Notes: generated by a model not told the origin, from the letters alone. Shown: positions 1-10,252, counted from the first letter of the stretch. The stretch: 64,000 nt of DNA from an uncultured Ignavibacteriaceae bacterium (GCA_964536015.1 CAZHVS010000012.1:29434-93433), one strand, 5' to 3'. Translations and numbers: made by a program.

Positions 1-446
1 TTCGGAATAAATCTTGGAACATTATTGCAATAATCTTCAAATTGTTTTCCAAAAGTTTGAAGAAGATATTTTTCTTCTTCTCTAACTATATAGTGATACT
101 GATAATAAAAGAAAACCAATCCAAATAATTGCAGATACGGAAATATTGCAAACGACATTACTCCAAGTCCGAAATAAATTAATATATTGCCGACATAAAG
201 CGGGTTTCTTACATGTGAAAAAGGTCCGCTTATTACCAAAAAAGAACCACCAACTGCACCGGTTGTGCGGGTTTCACTACCAGCCCAGCTAACTCCCCAC
301 AAGCGAATTGATTCACCAATTCCTGCAATTATAAAACCAAAAATTAAACTCCAGATATTTGCCTGCTGGTAAATAAACATAAGCACAATAAATGGAATTG
401 GTGTATAGCTTCTGTATTTAAATATTTTTAGTGATAACTTTTTCAT
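1..446 (-). CDS. ICMT/PEMT-family (isoprenylcysteine carboxyl / phospholipid) methyltransferase membrane protein; C-terminus runs off the window start
   Basis: Not in the ORF track because it is open at the window edge. Hand translation of the minus strand from ATG at comp(444..446) gives MKKLSLKIFKYRSYTPIPFIVLMF...ISGPFSHVRNPLYVGNILIYFGLGV...REEEKYLLQTFGKQFEDYCNNVPRFIP. The RNPxY and EE..L...FG..Y..Y motifs are typical of this family. It lies 4 nt downstream of the HAD gene stop. Confidence 0.7.
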   Translation of the reverse strand, partial: MKKLSLKIFKYRSYTPIPFIVLMFIYQQANIWSLIFGFIIAGIGESIRLWGVSWAGSETRTTGAVGGSFLVISGPFSHVRNPLYVGNILIYFGLGVMSFAIFPYLQLFGLVFFYYQYHYIVREEEKYLLQTFGKQFEDYCNNVPRFIP

Positions 447-449
447 TAT

Positions 450-1172
450 TCATCCAAGTTGGTACACATGTTTTCGTTTTATTTCAGCCTGATGTCGTTT
501 CTTTAATCTTTTTTTACTTAATAAATTTTCAAGTTTCTGTTTTACATCATTAAAATTATCAAAAGGGAAGTAAGAAATTCTTTCTTTTTCGCAATACTTG
601 AGTAAGGTGTCTTTTGCAAAAATGAAATCACAATATTGTGCCGGACAAACATCAGAACTTCCATTGCCGATATAAACTGTGTATTCATCCTCGCCGCTAT
701 TAGCAAGAATATGATTACGCTTGCAATTTGCACACTTGTTACATTCCTCGTCACGATAATGAAATGAAGGAATCATTTTTCCATCTCGACTTATTTCCAG
801 ATTATTTGAATAAAATTTTAAGTATGATAAATTTTCTCTTCTTAAAATTTTTTCGATATAAAAATCAAATCCATCGCTTAACACAAAAACATCAAGAAAA
901 TTTTTTTCGGTAAAAGAAACAAAATCTTTAAAGGTGTCGTCAATCTGAAAGCCAGATACAAACTCTGTTAGTTTTTGTTCATCAACCTGGGGAAGAACAT
1001 TGAACAATTTTTCCCAGCCTTCCGAACCCGAAATTTCAAGGCTGCTAATCTTTTGCTCAATAGTCATTACTTTGTTATAATCTCCAAAATGCAAAAAAAT
1101 TCCCGCTCCAACATCTTCTTTGGTAATTGTTCCATCAAAATCGACAAATATTTTTAGTGATTTTTCTTTCAT
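450..1172 (-). CDS. HAD-superfamily subfamily IB phosphatase (MtnX-like)
   Basis: HAD motif I is DFDGTIT, with later SDG and GNGSSD motifs. The Cys-rich insert (ECNKCANCKRNH) is as seen in MtnX-type phosphatases. Confidence 0.7.
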   Translation of the reverse strand: MKEKSLKIFVDFDGTITKEDVGAGIFLHFGDYNKVMTIEQKISSLEISGSEGWEKLFNVLPQVDEQKLTEFVSGFQIDDTFKDFVSFTEKNFLDVFVLSDGFDFYIEKILRRENLSYLKFYSNNLEISRDGKMIPSFHYRDEECNKCANCKRNHILANSGEDEYTVYIGNGSSDVCPAQYCDFIFAKDTLLKYCEKERISYFPFDNFNDVKQKLENLLSKKRLKKRHQAEIKRKHVYQLG

Positions 1173-1204
1173 CTTGAAAATATTTTATTTCCACGTGTTT
1201 ATCA

Positions 1205-3244
1205 TTAACGAGATACTATCATTTTTTTCACTTGCGTATAATCGCCTGCTGTAAACCGATAGAAATAAATTCCCGACGGAATGTTTTCTGCAGAAAAATA
1301 GATTTTGTTTCTCCCCGCGATAGTATTTTCAATATAAAATTCCTTAATCAATTCTACGCGTGAATTATAGATTTCAAATTTAACCCGTTGTTCATAAGGA
1401 AGAATAAATGTAATACTCGTCGAGTCTGAAAAAGGATTAGGAATATTTTGAAACACCATCGGTTCATTAATATCTTCCGAAATAAAATCAACTCTTGTTA
1501 TTTCACTCAGCTGCTCAACACCGCTTCTATCATATTGCCGAAGCCTATAAAAAATTGTGCCTGCTGTATTAGGGAAATCAAGGTACTGATAATTGTTTGT
1601 CCTCTGCAAGCCGTTTGAAAGAATTGTAGCAATTTCTTTCCAGCTTGAATCAGTAGACTCCCCTTGAATTAATCTATCAATTTTATAAGCAAAAATTTCT
1701 TTCTCGTTTGAGGTTTTCCAGTTAATTAAAACTGAATCTCCAACCAGAGTTGTAGAAAAATCAACAACCTGCGAAGAATATGTCTTATTAGAAAAAACCC
1801 TTTGTCCATAAATACCAATAGAGCCATTACGTTTTTCTTTAAAAATTCCAATTACACCGTTATTCTGATCCGGTATTAAACTCAAATAACTTTTCTCACT
1901 ATTCGGAGAATTTGCAAGTGCCACTCCACCAACTCCCCAGAGAAATTCTCCTTTTCTGCTAATTCTTTGAGCATAAATATCAGGCTGTAAACTATTCTCG
2001 GCTTTCTCAAAGTAGGCAATTATTGCACCACCTCGTCCATCGCTTGTAATTGATTGTGCAAACTGATTTCCTTTCAGCTTCATATAAGCTGCACTATCTT
2101 CGCTCCATAACACTTTTCCGTTTAAGCGGAATTTTTGTACATAAATATCTTTATCGTTGTTAATTTCATTAATCCAGCAAAGAATAATTGTTGAATCACT
2201 TGCAAGCAACGGGATTGGATTAGTCGGTGTTCCCTTTTTACATGGAATCGCAAGACCCGATACTCCGTAAATATTATTTCCAGCCAAATTAAATAATTGA
2301 TGATATATTTTCTTTTGTTTTCCCTGAGTTTGCCAGCACAAGTAAATAAGATTAGAATTAACCTTAATAGCTCTGTAAATAAAAACACTTGCAACCTGCC
2401 CAGATAAAATATTTGGTTCTTTTTTCCAATCAAAATTTCCTGATTCATCTATATGCTGGGAGCGTACTTGCGAAATGTTGTTTTCATTTTCAACCCACAA
2501 TATATAAGCCCCACCTTTGTCATCAGAAAAAACAGAAGTAAAATTTTTTGCATTAGCTGATGAAGAGATTTTGATGGGTGAATTAAACACTGGTTCACCT
2601 GTTGCAGATATTTTCTGAAAATAAACAGTATATGAAGAAATGGAGAGGTTGTTTTTTTCAACAAATGTAATATAAGCAATACCATTTTTATCCAGCGAGC
2701 ATGAATAATTTAGTATTTCATTATTCCCCTGTGCAACGGCTACTCCATGCTCCCCCCACAACAGGTTACCGTTTGTTTGTAATTTTTGGATATAAAGATT
2801 TCCATTATTCTCAGCAGAAAAATCTTTCCACAAAACCACAGAAATATTTCCGTGTGAATTTGACAAGACGGGGTTAACTTTTGGTCCTTTTAAATTGCTT
2901 ACTCTTTTTCCTGAAGACTTAAAACTAACATAACCATCTACATTAAAATGCTGGAAGAAAATATCCGGCGTTTGACTTTGCTTGGTATCCTGCCAAACAA
3001 TAAATGCCCCACCAAGATTATCTTCAGAGACAGAGATATCAACCGGATTATTAGTCTCCGAAATTAATTCATTGCTTATCAAAGGATTGTTAGACCATTG
3101 TGAAAAAACATTAACAGCATAAAAGGACATACAGATTAAAATAATAGAAAGTTTAATCTGAGAGGAGATAAAATGTTTATGTAAAAACCTAATTAACAAA
3201 ATCCAGTTCCTCATTAAAACGAACACTAACAAGTTTAGAGACAC
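1205..3244 (-). CDS. secreted repeat protein with T9SS type-A C-terminal sorting domain
   Basis: The C-terminus reads FQNIPNPFSDSTSITF...IYFYRFTAGDYTQVKKMIVSR. A hydrophobic leader LSIILICMSFYAVNVFSQ is present. The body is built of repeated W/G-containing units (beta-propeller-like). The start is uncertain: the ORF-track start at 3244 overlaps the smc 3' end by 56 nt, and the real start may be internal. Confidence 0.75.
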   Translation of the reverse strand: MSLNLLVFVLMRNWILLIRFLHKHFISSQIKLSIILICMSFYAVNVFSQWSNNPLISNELISETNNPVDISVSEDNLGGAFIVWQDTKQSQTPDIFFQHFNVDGYVSFKSSGKRVSNLKGPKVNPVLSNSHGNISVVLWKDFSAENNGNLYIQKLQTNGNLLWGEHGVAVAQGNNEILNYSCSLDKNGIAYITFVEKNNLSISSYTVYFQKISATGEPVFNSPIKISSSANAKNFTSVFSDDKGGAYILWVENENNISQVRSQHIDESGNFDWKKEPNILSGQVASVFIYRAIKVNSNLIYLCWQTQGKQKKIYHQLFNLAGNNIYGVSGLAIPCKKGTPTNPIPLLASDSTIILCWINEINNDKDIYVQKFRLNGKVLWSEDSAAYMKLKGNQFAQSITSDGRGGAIIAYFEKAENSLQPDIYAQRISRKGEFLWGVGGVALANSPNSEKSYLSLIPDQNNGVIGIFKEKRNGSIGIYGQRVFSNKTYSSQVVDFSTTLVGDSVLINWKTSNEKEIFAYKIDRLIQGESTDSSWKEIATILSNGLQRTNNYQYLDFPNTAGTIFYRLRQYDRSGVEQLSEITRVDFISEDINEPMVFQNIPNPFSDSTSITFILPYEQRVKFEIYNSRVELIKEFYIENTIAGRNKIYFSAENIPSGIYFYRFTAGDYTQVKKMIVSR

Positions 3245-6200
3245 CTTCTTCTTGCATAGTTACTCCATAAAGTGTTTCGCACGCTTCCATTGTTCTTTTA
3301 TTATGCGTTACAACAATAAACTGTGTGTTAACGCTAAACTCTTTTAGTATTCTGGTAAAACGATCAACATTAGCATCATCAAGTGGTGCGTCAATTTCAT
3401 CAAGTACGCAGAACGGGCTTGGTTTAACAAGATAAATTGCAAACAGAAGTGCAATTGCGGTTAATGTTTTTTCGCCACCAGAAAGTAATTCTATTGATGT
3501 TGGTCTTTTCCCTTTGGGTTTTGCAATAATTTCGATTTTTGCTTCAAGGGGATCCGCTTCTTCTTCCAACTTTAAATCCGCTTCATCTCCGGGATTAAAC
3601 AAACTTCTGAAAATTCTAATAAAATTTTCTCTTATCCGTTCAAAAGTTTCAGAAAATAATTGATGAGCAGTGTTATTAATCTCTTCTATCGTCTTAACTA
3701 AATCTTTTTCGGATTCCAGCAAATCATTTCTTTGCTTTGATAAAAATTCAAATCTCTGTTTTTCTTCTTCATACTCAGAATAGGCAAGACTGTTGATTGG
3801 CCCAAGATTTTTTATCTGTTGCTTGAGCGTGTGAACTTCGTCGGTTCTTCCCTTAAAGTCAAATATATCGAGATCATCAAATTCTTTTAGTTCTATCGCA
3901 AGTGAATAATTTTCATAAATATGTTCTCGCAGATTTTCTATACGCATATCAACTTCTTTTGCCTGCATTTCAGATTCATGAATCTTATTTGATGCTGCTT
4001 CTTTTTCTTTTCTTAAACTCCCGAGTGTTTGCTCTCTTTCATTAATGTTTGTTTTAACTGACTTATAATTTTTCTCAATTTCAATTTCTTCAAGATTGAG
4101 TCTGTCCCTGATATTTTTCAGTTCATTTAAAAGTTCTGAATCTTTTTGAATTGATATTTCAAGATTACTAATTTCAGTGTTAAAAGAATCTATATCATGC
4201 TCACGTTTAGCTATCGTTCCGGTTATGTTTGTAATTGTTTCTTTTCCGTAAACAAGTGAGTTCTCAAGATTTTTCTTTTCTCCATTCAATCTTTCAATTT
4301 CAAGATTGACTTCATTTATTTTGTTGGCTGCAAGATTAAAATCATTTTCAACGGATTGGAATTCTTCTTCAAGACTTTTTTTCTGTTCATCAATTTTATT
4401 TTTTGATTCAATCAGTTGCGAAATTTTTCCAGTTAAAGATTCTCTTTCATTATCAATTTTATTTGACGAAGATGCAAATTCCTGTATTTCATTTCTTGTT
4501 TTCTCAATCTCATCAACTGCTTTTTGTTTTTCATATTCAAACTGGGCAATTTGTTTTTCAACATTTGCAAGATCATTTATAAGTATTCTTCCTTTTTCTG
4601 AAAGCACTTTTAAGTCTATTTCAGAGGCCTGGTTTTCAAGACTTTCTATTTCATCTCTCAATTTATTTAGTGCGGCTTCTCTTCTCGGAATTTCTTTTTG
4701 AAGATTTTCTAAAAGTTGTTTTCTTCCAAGCAATGTTTCATCAAGCTTTGGTTTTGAACCACCTTCAATCACTCCGGAATTGTAAATTAAATCGCCGTTA
4801 AGGGTTGCAAAATTAAAACCTCTGTATTTTTTCGAAATTGAAAATGCATTTTCCAGCTCATCAACTATAATTGTATTATCAAGCAATCTGTCAAAAAATG
4901 GCTGCCACTTTGCTTCGGTTACAACAAGTTTATTTGCCCAGCCTAAAAATCCTTTTTCATTCTGAATTTTTTTTGCTTTACGGGTTAAAAAATATTTTCC
5001 TATTTTTTCTAAAAAAGTCAGGTTGTTTTGTTCCTGGTTATAAATATAAAACGATGCCTTACCATATTCATGGTTCTTCAGGTATTCAATTCCCCGTTTT
5101 ACATCTTCTATACTTTCAACCAGAATATTATTAAGATTATTTTTTAATGATGCTTCAATTGCAAACCGATATTGTTCGCCTGCATCGCCAATATTAGCGA
5201 GAAGATTTTTATCTTTACCCGTCCAGGATTTATCATCAAGTAATACTTTTGCTCCCTTTGAAAAACCTTCAAGATTATCTATAAGATTTTTAAGAAAATT
5301 TATTTTGTCGTTAACCGCAGCAATTATTCCCTTTTCTTCAATCTCCTGCGATTTTAATTGTGAGAGTTTTTTCTCAAGGTCTTCTTTTTCTTTCTGCTTT
5401 TTTGCATAAAAATCTTCAGCTTCAACAAGTTTTTTCTCAACATCGATTTTGTCAAGAGACAGCTCTTCAATAAAACCAACAGTCTTTGCAATATTGCCTG
5501 TAAGTGTTTGTATCTTGCTGTTCAACCTGTTAATATTATTGTTTATTCTTTCAAGAGAGCTTTGAAGATTTGATAATTCATTCTCTGCAGAGGTTAATTC
5601 CTTAAATTGCTCCAGAGAGTTTTCGGAAATAGTTTTTAATGCGTTCCGCTTTTTTTCAAGCAAACCTTTTTTCTGACTTACAATTTCTTCATCGAGTAAC
5701 TTATCAGATTGTTTTAACGCAATACTATTTGATACATCATTAAGCTTTTCAGAGTTCTTAGAAATTGTTTCTTCGGTTGACTTAAGACGCGTTTTTAATT
5801 CAAGGATTTCCTGTTTATACCGCTCAATATTTTTTATTAAAGAATTCTTTCGTTCCAGCCCTACAGAAATGTCTTGTTCTGTTTTATAAATTTTTTCAGT
5901 TTGAGAAGTAATCTCATTTCGTTTTGAATTTAACAGTGATTCAATTGCGCTAAGCTTTTCTTTAAATATCTTTAATTCATCTTCATACTTATTTAGTTCA
6001 GATTCAAGCTGTATTTTTTTGCCGGATAGTTCTTCTTTAAGTAACTTGTGTTGATTTTTATTTCTGTTAAAAAGAGCCAATTCTCTTTCGGCAAGTTCAA
6101 GTTCAAGCCCTCTTAGTTCGGCAGAAAGATTGCTGAATTTGCTTGCTCTTTTTGCCTGTCGTTCAAGTGAGTTAACTTTTTTCTCCACTTCAGAAACAAT

Positions 6201-6779
6201 ATCATTAACACGGGTCAGGTCGGCTTTAACATCATCAAGTTTTTTTAATGTTAATCTTCTTCTTAGTTTATATTTATTTACTCCTGCAGCTTCTTCAAAC
6301 ATTGTGCGGCGTTCTTCTGCTTTGTTGCTCAGGATTGTTTCAACCATTTTCAATTCAATTACAGAATAAGCATTCGAGCCCATTCCTGTATCCATAAAAA
6401 GATTGGTTATATCTTTTAACCGGCAAAGATTTTTATTGAGAAGATATTCGCTTTCGCCCGAACGGAAGATTCTTCGCGTTACTGTTATTTCAGAATACTC
6501 GGTAGGCAAAATACCTTTATCATTTTTAATTGTTAAAGATACTTCAGCCATTCCCATTGGTTTGCGATTTTTTGTGCCGTTAAAAATTACGTTCTCCATT
6601 TTATCCGAACGGAGAGTACTGCTTTTTTGTTCGCCCAAACACCATCTTAGAGCATCTACAATGTTTGTTTTGCCGCAGCCATTTGGACCAACAACCGCAG
6701 TTAATCCCGAATCAAAATCAATCTCTGTCTTCTGCAGGAAAGATTTAAAACCCAATATTTCTAATTTCTTTAAATACAA
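3189..6779 (-). CDS. smc: chromosome segregation protein SMC
   Basis: 1196 aa. N-terminal Walker A is GPNGCGKTNIVDA. Long coiled coils flank a hinge. The C-terminal signature is LSGGEKTLTAIALLFAI with Walker B FCVLDEIDAPLD. Confidence 0.95.
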   Translation of the reverse strand: MYLKKLEILGFKSFLQKTEIDFDSGLTAVVGPNGCGKTNIVDALRWCLGEQKSSTLRSDKMENVIFNGTKNRKPMGMAEVSLTIKNDKGILPTEYSEITVTRRIFRSGESEYLLNKNLCRLKDITNLFMDTGMGSNAYSVIELKMVETILSNKAEERRTMFEEAAGVNKYKLRRRLTLKKLDDVKADLTRVNDIVSEVEKKVNSLERQAKRASKFSNLSAELRGLELELAERELALFNRNKNQHKLLKEELSGKKIQLESELNKYEDELKIFKEKLSAIESLLNSKRNEITSQTEKIYKTEQDISVGLERKNSLIKNIERYKQEILELKTRLKSTEETISKNSEKLNDVSNSIALKQSDKLLDEEIVSQKKGLLEKKRNALKTISENSLEQFKELTSAENELSNLQSSLERINNNINRLNSKIQTLTGNIAKTVGFIEELSLDKIDVEKKLVEAEDFYAKKQKEKEDLEKKLSQLKSQEIEEKGIIAAVNDKINFLKNLIDNLEGFSKGAKVLLDDKSWTGKDKNLLANIGDAGEQYRFAIEASLKNNLNNILVESIEDVKRGIEYLKNHEYGKASFYIYNQEQNNLTFLEKIGKYFLTRKAKKIQNEKGFLGWANKLVVTEAKWQPFFDRLLDNTIIVDELENAFSISKKYRGFNFATLNGDLIYNSGVIEGGSKPKLDETLLGRKQLLENLQKEIPRREAALNKLRDEIESLENQASEIDLKVLSEKGRILINDLANVEKQIAQFEYEKQKAVDEIEKTRNEIQEFASSSNKIDNERESLTGKISQLIESKNKIDEQKKSLEEEFQSVENDFNLAANKINEVNLEIERLNGEKKNLENSLVYGKETITNITGTIAKREHDIDSFNTEISNLEISIQKDSELLNELKNIRDRLNLEEIEIEKNYKSVKTNINEREQTLGSLRKEKEAASNKIHESEMQAKEVDMRIENLREHIYENYSLAIELKEFDDLDIFDFKGRTDEVHTLKQQIKNLGPINSLAYSEYEEEKQRFEFLSKQRNDLLESEKDLVKTIEEINNTAHQLFSETFERIRENFIRIFRSLFNPGDEADLKLEEEADPLEAKIEIIAKPKGKRPTSIELLSGGEKTLTAIALLFAIYLVKPSPFCVLDEIDAPLDDANVDRFTRILKEFSVNTQFIVVTHNKRTMEACETLYGVTMQEEGVSKLVSVRFNEELDFVN

Positions 6780-6782
6780 TTT

Positions 6783-9380
6783 TTAAATCCGCGAATTAAA
6801 TTCTTTAAATACCTGTAAAAGATAATCGACAGAAGAATTTTTCAATTGAAAATAGAGAATAAAAATTCCGGCTGCCACAATTATAAACAACGCACTATAA
6901 AAATAAACATTCCCAGGACGAACATCATAAATTACATAAATGCCTTTAATCAATCTATAAACGACCCAGATTGCAAGAATGATTAACACCACATAATAAT
7001 AAATTACTCCTATGTCGGTATTAATTAACCTGTAAAGAACTATTGCAAGAGGAATTGTTAAAACAACCGGAAGCATAGCCCATACCACGGTATAATAAGC
7101 ATTGCTGAAAAATACCTTGTTCATTACAAAGAAGGAAGCAATTTTTATTATAAGAGCAATCAAAACAATTTTAATAAAAAAGATTATTGACAATGCGATT
7201 AATGATTGCACAGGGTGCCATGTGAAGTAGCTAAATAAATTCAACAATTTGTAGCTGCCAAGGGCGACAAGAACCTTTTCAAAAAATATTTCGGATTTAA
7301 GACTATACAAAACACTTGCTGTAATTAAAGAAAGCGAGGCCGCTATTATTACTGCAAGTAAGGTAGAATGAATTCCTGAAATAACTCTTAAGTCTCTTAT
7401 GTCTGCAAAGAAATTGTATGGTCTTAACAATGCCCTGGAAGCATCTTCTCTGAACTTTCTTCCTGTATTTACAAGAAATCCCATAAACAAAGCAAGCCCA
7501 AGACCAAAGACAATAAAAATCATTGGAGAATCATCTTTTTTAACTCCAAGAGGAATTGTAACTTTTTCAAGATTGTGCAAACGGGAATAAATTACTTTGT
7601 AACTAATCCTGTCGGTGTTTCTGTCTTCTCCAAGAATTCCAAGTGAAATTTTTTGTTCTTTATTATACCCCGAAATTATCGAATGATATTCAGAGCGGTA
7701 ATCGAACATTGTATTAATAAAATATCCACCCGAATTATTTTGTTCGAAGTACAAAATAAGTTCTTCAATATTTTTTGCCTGACTGTCAAAAGTATTCTGA
7801 TTTGTTGAACCGCTGTTAGAATTTAAGTTTGACAGATAACTTGCTTCGCTTATAAAAACTTTTCCTGCCCCCAATCTTTCAATAGCAGACAGATAATATT
7901 CATTTATAGAAGAAACAGGTTTGTTAAAAAGTTCAATGCTGTAAAAATCAATTTTGGGAACGGTTTCAAAATTAAGATTTGTAAAAGATGCAAAAAGTAA
8001 CCTGGAATTATTTTTCTTAAATTCACCTGCAAGTTCATTCAAATAAAAGATCGTATAAGGAGAATTTGCAATGTAAGAATTTCCTAATCCTACAGCAGCA
8101 ATTACTGAAAAGTTATTATATGCTTCCCACATTCGGTTTAGGTAATTTTTGCTTCTATCAAGGAAGACCTGGTTGTCCATTAATGTTGCGGGAATTCCCT
8201 GTAAAGGAAGTTCAATAAATGCCAACAATCCATACTCTTCACAAAGAGAAAGTAAATATGGATGCGGAAATGACTTTGAAAATCTTACTGAATTAAAACC
8301 AAGCTCTTTAATTAACCTTATATCTCTTCTCATTTGTTCGCGTGTAAACATTCCACCGAAATTATAATTGGAAGAAATATATGTTACTCCGTTAAACTGG
8401 AACTTTGCACCATTGAGTGTAAGTGAATCGGTGTTGTTATTAAGATTATAAAAAGAGACAGGTTTAATTATTTCATCAACAAGAGAACCCTGTTTGAACA
8501 TTTGTATAATTAGCTTATACGTAAAAGGCGATGATGGTGACCAGAGAATAGGATTCGGTATTTCGAAAAACTGGTTTACAATTTTTTCTTTTCCCTGCTT
8601 GAGTAAAAACGTTGTGCTTGATGAAAACGCTGTTTTTTCCAGTCCCGCCTGCAAAAAATATTTTATTTCAAAATTATCAGATTGGTTTAAAGAGTCGCTT
8701 GCTTTTTGATACTCATTATTAACAACTCTTGCTATTATATTTAGCTTGGCTCTGCCAGTGTTTCCCTGAAAGTTATATGAAAATTTTAAGTTGCCGATAT
8801 TTGAGTTTGGTAATAACCGAAGATAAACATCCCTGAAAATTCCGCCAAAACTTTCGGGATATAAGAAACTTTGTTTAACAGGAATTGTATTCCACGAATC
8901 AGCTTTTGAATTAACAGTTACCGATAGAACATTTTCTCTATCGCTTAGCAGCCAATCTTTTGGCAAAAGAAATTTAAATGGAAAATCTCCGCCTACATGT
9001 TTATAAACCAATTTGTTGTTAATAAAAATATCCGCACTGTAATTTAGCCCAAGAAAATTAAGCTCAAAATTGTTTTGTTTAATTTGCTCTTTGTTCAGGG
9101 TAAATGCTTTTTCAAAAACCAGCTCTGCATCACTGTGATGAACAGACGGAATTTGAACCATTGTTTTTTTCTTACTTTCGTCGGTTGATTTATAAACTTT
9201 CCATTTACCATTCAGAATTATTGTGCTTCGTGTGGAGGATTTTTCTATAAAATCGAGGTTATCTTCAGTAATTGTATAACCCGTAAGTTCTTTGAAAATA
9301 ATCTGTGGAAAAGCTGGTTTTATGCTAAAAAGAAAAACAAAAATAACAGCATAAAAAGCCTGTTTTTGTAACAACGTCAT
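6783..9380 (-). CDS. GH2-like (beta-galactosidase/glucuronidase-fold) protein fused to a C-terminal polytopic membrane domain
   Basis: N-terminal signal-like segment. TIM-barrel-like stretch NSVRFSKSFPHPYLLSLCEEYGLLAFIELP. The last ~250 aa contain about seven hydrophobic helices. The gene ends 4 nt upstream of the smc start. Confidence 0.5.
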   Translation of the reverse strand: MTLLQKQAFYAVIFVFLFSIKPAFPQIIFKELTGYTITEDNLDFIEKSSTRSTIILNGKWKVYKSTDESKKKTMVQIPSVHHSDAELVFEKAFTLNKEQIKQNNFELNFLGLNYSADIFINNKLVYKHVGGDFPFKFLLPKDWLLSDRENVLSVTVNSKADSWNTIPVKQSFLYPESFGGIFRDVYLRLLPNSNIGNLKFSYNFQGNTGRAKLNIIARVVNNEYQKASDSLNQSDNFEIKYFLQAGLEKTAFSSSTTFLLKQGKEKIVNQFFEIPNPILWSPSSPFTYKLIIQMFKQGSLVDEIIKPVSFYNLNNNTDSLTLNGAKFQFNGVTYISSNYNFGGMFTREQMRRDIRLIKELGFNSVRFSKSFPHPYLLSLCEEYGLLAFIELPLQGIPATLMDNQVFLDRSKNYLNRMWEAYNNFSVIAAVGLGNSYIANSPYTIFYLNELAGEFKKNNSRLLFASFTNLNFETVPKIDFYSIELFNKPVSSINEYYLSAIERLGAGKVFISEASYLSNLNSNSGSTNQNTFDSQAKNIEELILYFEQNNSGGYFINTMFDYRSEYHSIISGYNKEQKISLGILGEDRNTDRISYKVIYSRLHNLEKVTIPLGVKKDDSPMIFIVFGLGLALFMGFLVNTGRKFREDASRALLRPYNFFADIRDLRVISGIHSTLLAVIIAASLSLITASVLYSLKSEIFFEKVLVALGSYKLLNLFSYFTWHPVQSLIALSIIFFIKIVLIALIIKIASFFVMNKVFFSNAYYTVVWAMLPVVLTIPLAIVLYRLINTDIGVIYYYVVLIILAIWVVYRLIKGIYVIYDVRPGNVYFYSALFIIVAAGIFILYFQLKNSSVDYLLQVFKEFNSRI

Positions 9381-9921
9381 TAACTCGGTATTTTCTTCAA
9401 AAAATTCTATTTAACGTTGCAAATATACAATTTATTAAGAGGGGTTCGCAATGCTAAAGTTATAACTGGCCGGACTTACCTTAAGCTTCATCACTGTATT
9501 TTAGGCGAGAAACCTTAACCCAAACAGAGATAATCCTCGCTTTTTATCCAGAAAATTTATCAATAATGAACAATTCTTAAATTTAAGCTCTAAATCCGAA
9601 ATACTAATTCCAGCAAGTCAGGATTGGACAAATTCAGAACCAAAAATTCAAAGCGTTAAAAATTGTTTTGCATTTTACTTTAATTAAGTTCTACCTGTCT
9701 TATGTAAATGGCCGAATGTTCTATGGGCGGTTTCTCAAAACTGCGTTTCGAGTTACAAGGATTGTGAAATAAATACTCAAAAACATTCAATGATTCCAGA
9801 GTACCCGTCAAAGGCAGAGTATCATAAGGATTTTTTTACAGAATAAGTTCATATAGAAGAATAATGCAGGTATTGGAGGGGGTTATATTTTTATAGTTTG
9901 TGTTTCCAACTTTAAAGACTT

Positions 9922-9951
9922 TTGAATATATTTGCCGGTGATTTTTATAAA
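9922..9951 (+). promoter_or_regulatory. candidate sigma-70-type promoter for rpsT (TTGAAT-N18-TATAAA)
   Basis: TTGAAT at 9922-9927 and TATAAA at 9946-9951, about 30 nt upstream of the rpsT ATG. Motif match only. Confidence 0.3.
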
Positions 9952-9982
9952 ATTATAAAGAATAGAAAAGGTAAATTAATTT

Positions 9983-10252
9983 ATGGCGCATCATAAATCG
10001 GCTAAAAAAAGAATTCGCACAACTGAAAGAAAAAGAGCAATCAATAAAAGTTCGGTTTCTAAATTAAAAACTGAAGTTAAAAAAATTCTTGCTTCAAAGA
10101 CGAAATCCGAAGGGGAAAAAGATTATAAGAAAGCTGTTTCTGCAATAGATAAAATGGTTGCAAAGGGCAGAATTCATAAAAACACAGCAGCAAGAAGAAA
10201 GTCGCGAATTACAAAACATCTTAACAAGCTGACAGATACTGCTTCTAAATAA
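9983..10252 (+). CDS. rpsT: 30S ribosomal protein S20
   Basis: MAHHKSAKKRIRTTERKRAINKS... is the canonical S20 N-terminus. 89 aa and highly basic. Confidence 0.95.
   Translation: MAHHKSAKKRIRTTERKRAINKSSVSKLKTEVKKILASKTKSEGEKDYKKAVSAIDKMVAKGRIHKNTAARRKSRITKHLNKLTDTASK

Noticed and set aside
3189-3244. 56-nt overlap between the smc 3' end and the ORF-track start of the downstream T9SS protein, considered as a possible programmed overlap or frameshift
   Set aside because: A mis-assigned start explains it more simply. The hydrophobic leader lies downstream of the overlap, and no slippery sequence is evident.
4306-6786. Plus-strand ORFs of 79-131 aa (4306..4701, 4871..5134, 6130..6369, 6403..6786) antisense to smc
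   Set aside because: They lie wholly inside the high-confidence smc gene. Their low-complexity Ser/Phe/Leu-rich translations are typical of the antisense frame of Lys/Glu-rich coiled-coil coding sequence.
9441-9735. RNase P RNA-like motifs on the minus strand (GGUAAGUCCGGCC resembling CR-I GGAAAGUCCGGGC, and AGAACAUUCGGCC resembling CR-V ACAGAACCCGGCU), plus a tRNA/tmRNA-like GGTTCGCAA at 9443
   Set aside because: On the minus strand the CR-V-like element precedes the CR-I-like element, the reverse of real RNase P RNA. The other conserved regions are not visible. The GGTTCGCAA has no complementary T-stem or acceptor/CCA context. I kept only the generic observation of a long non-coding gap.
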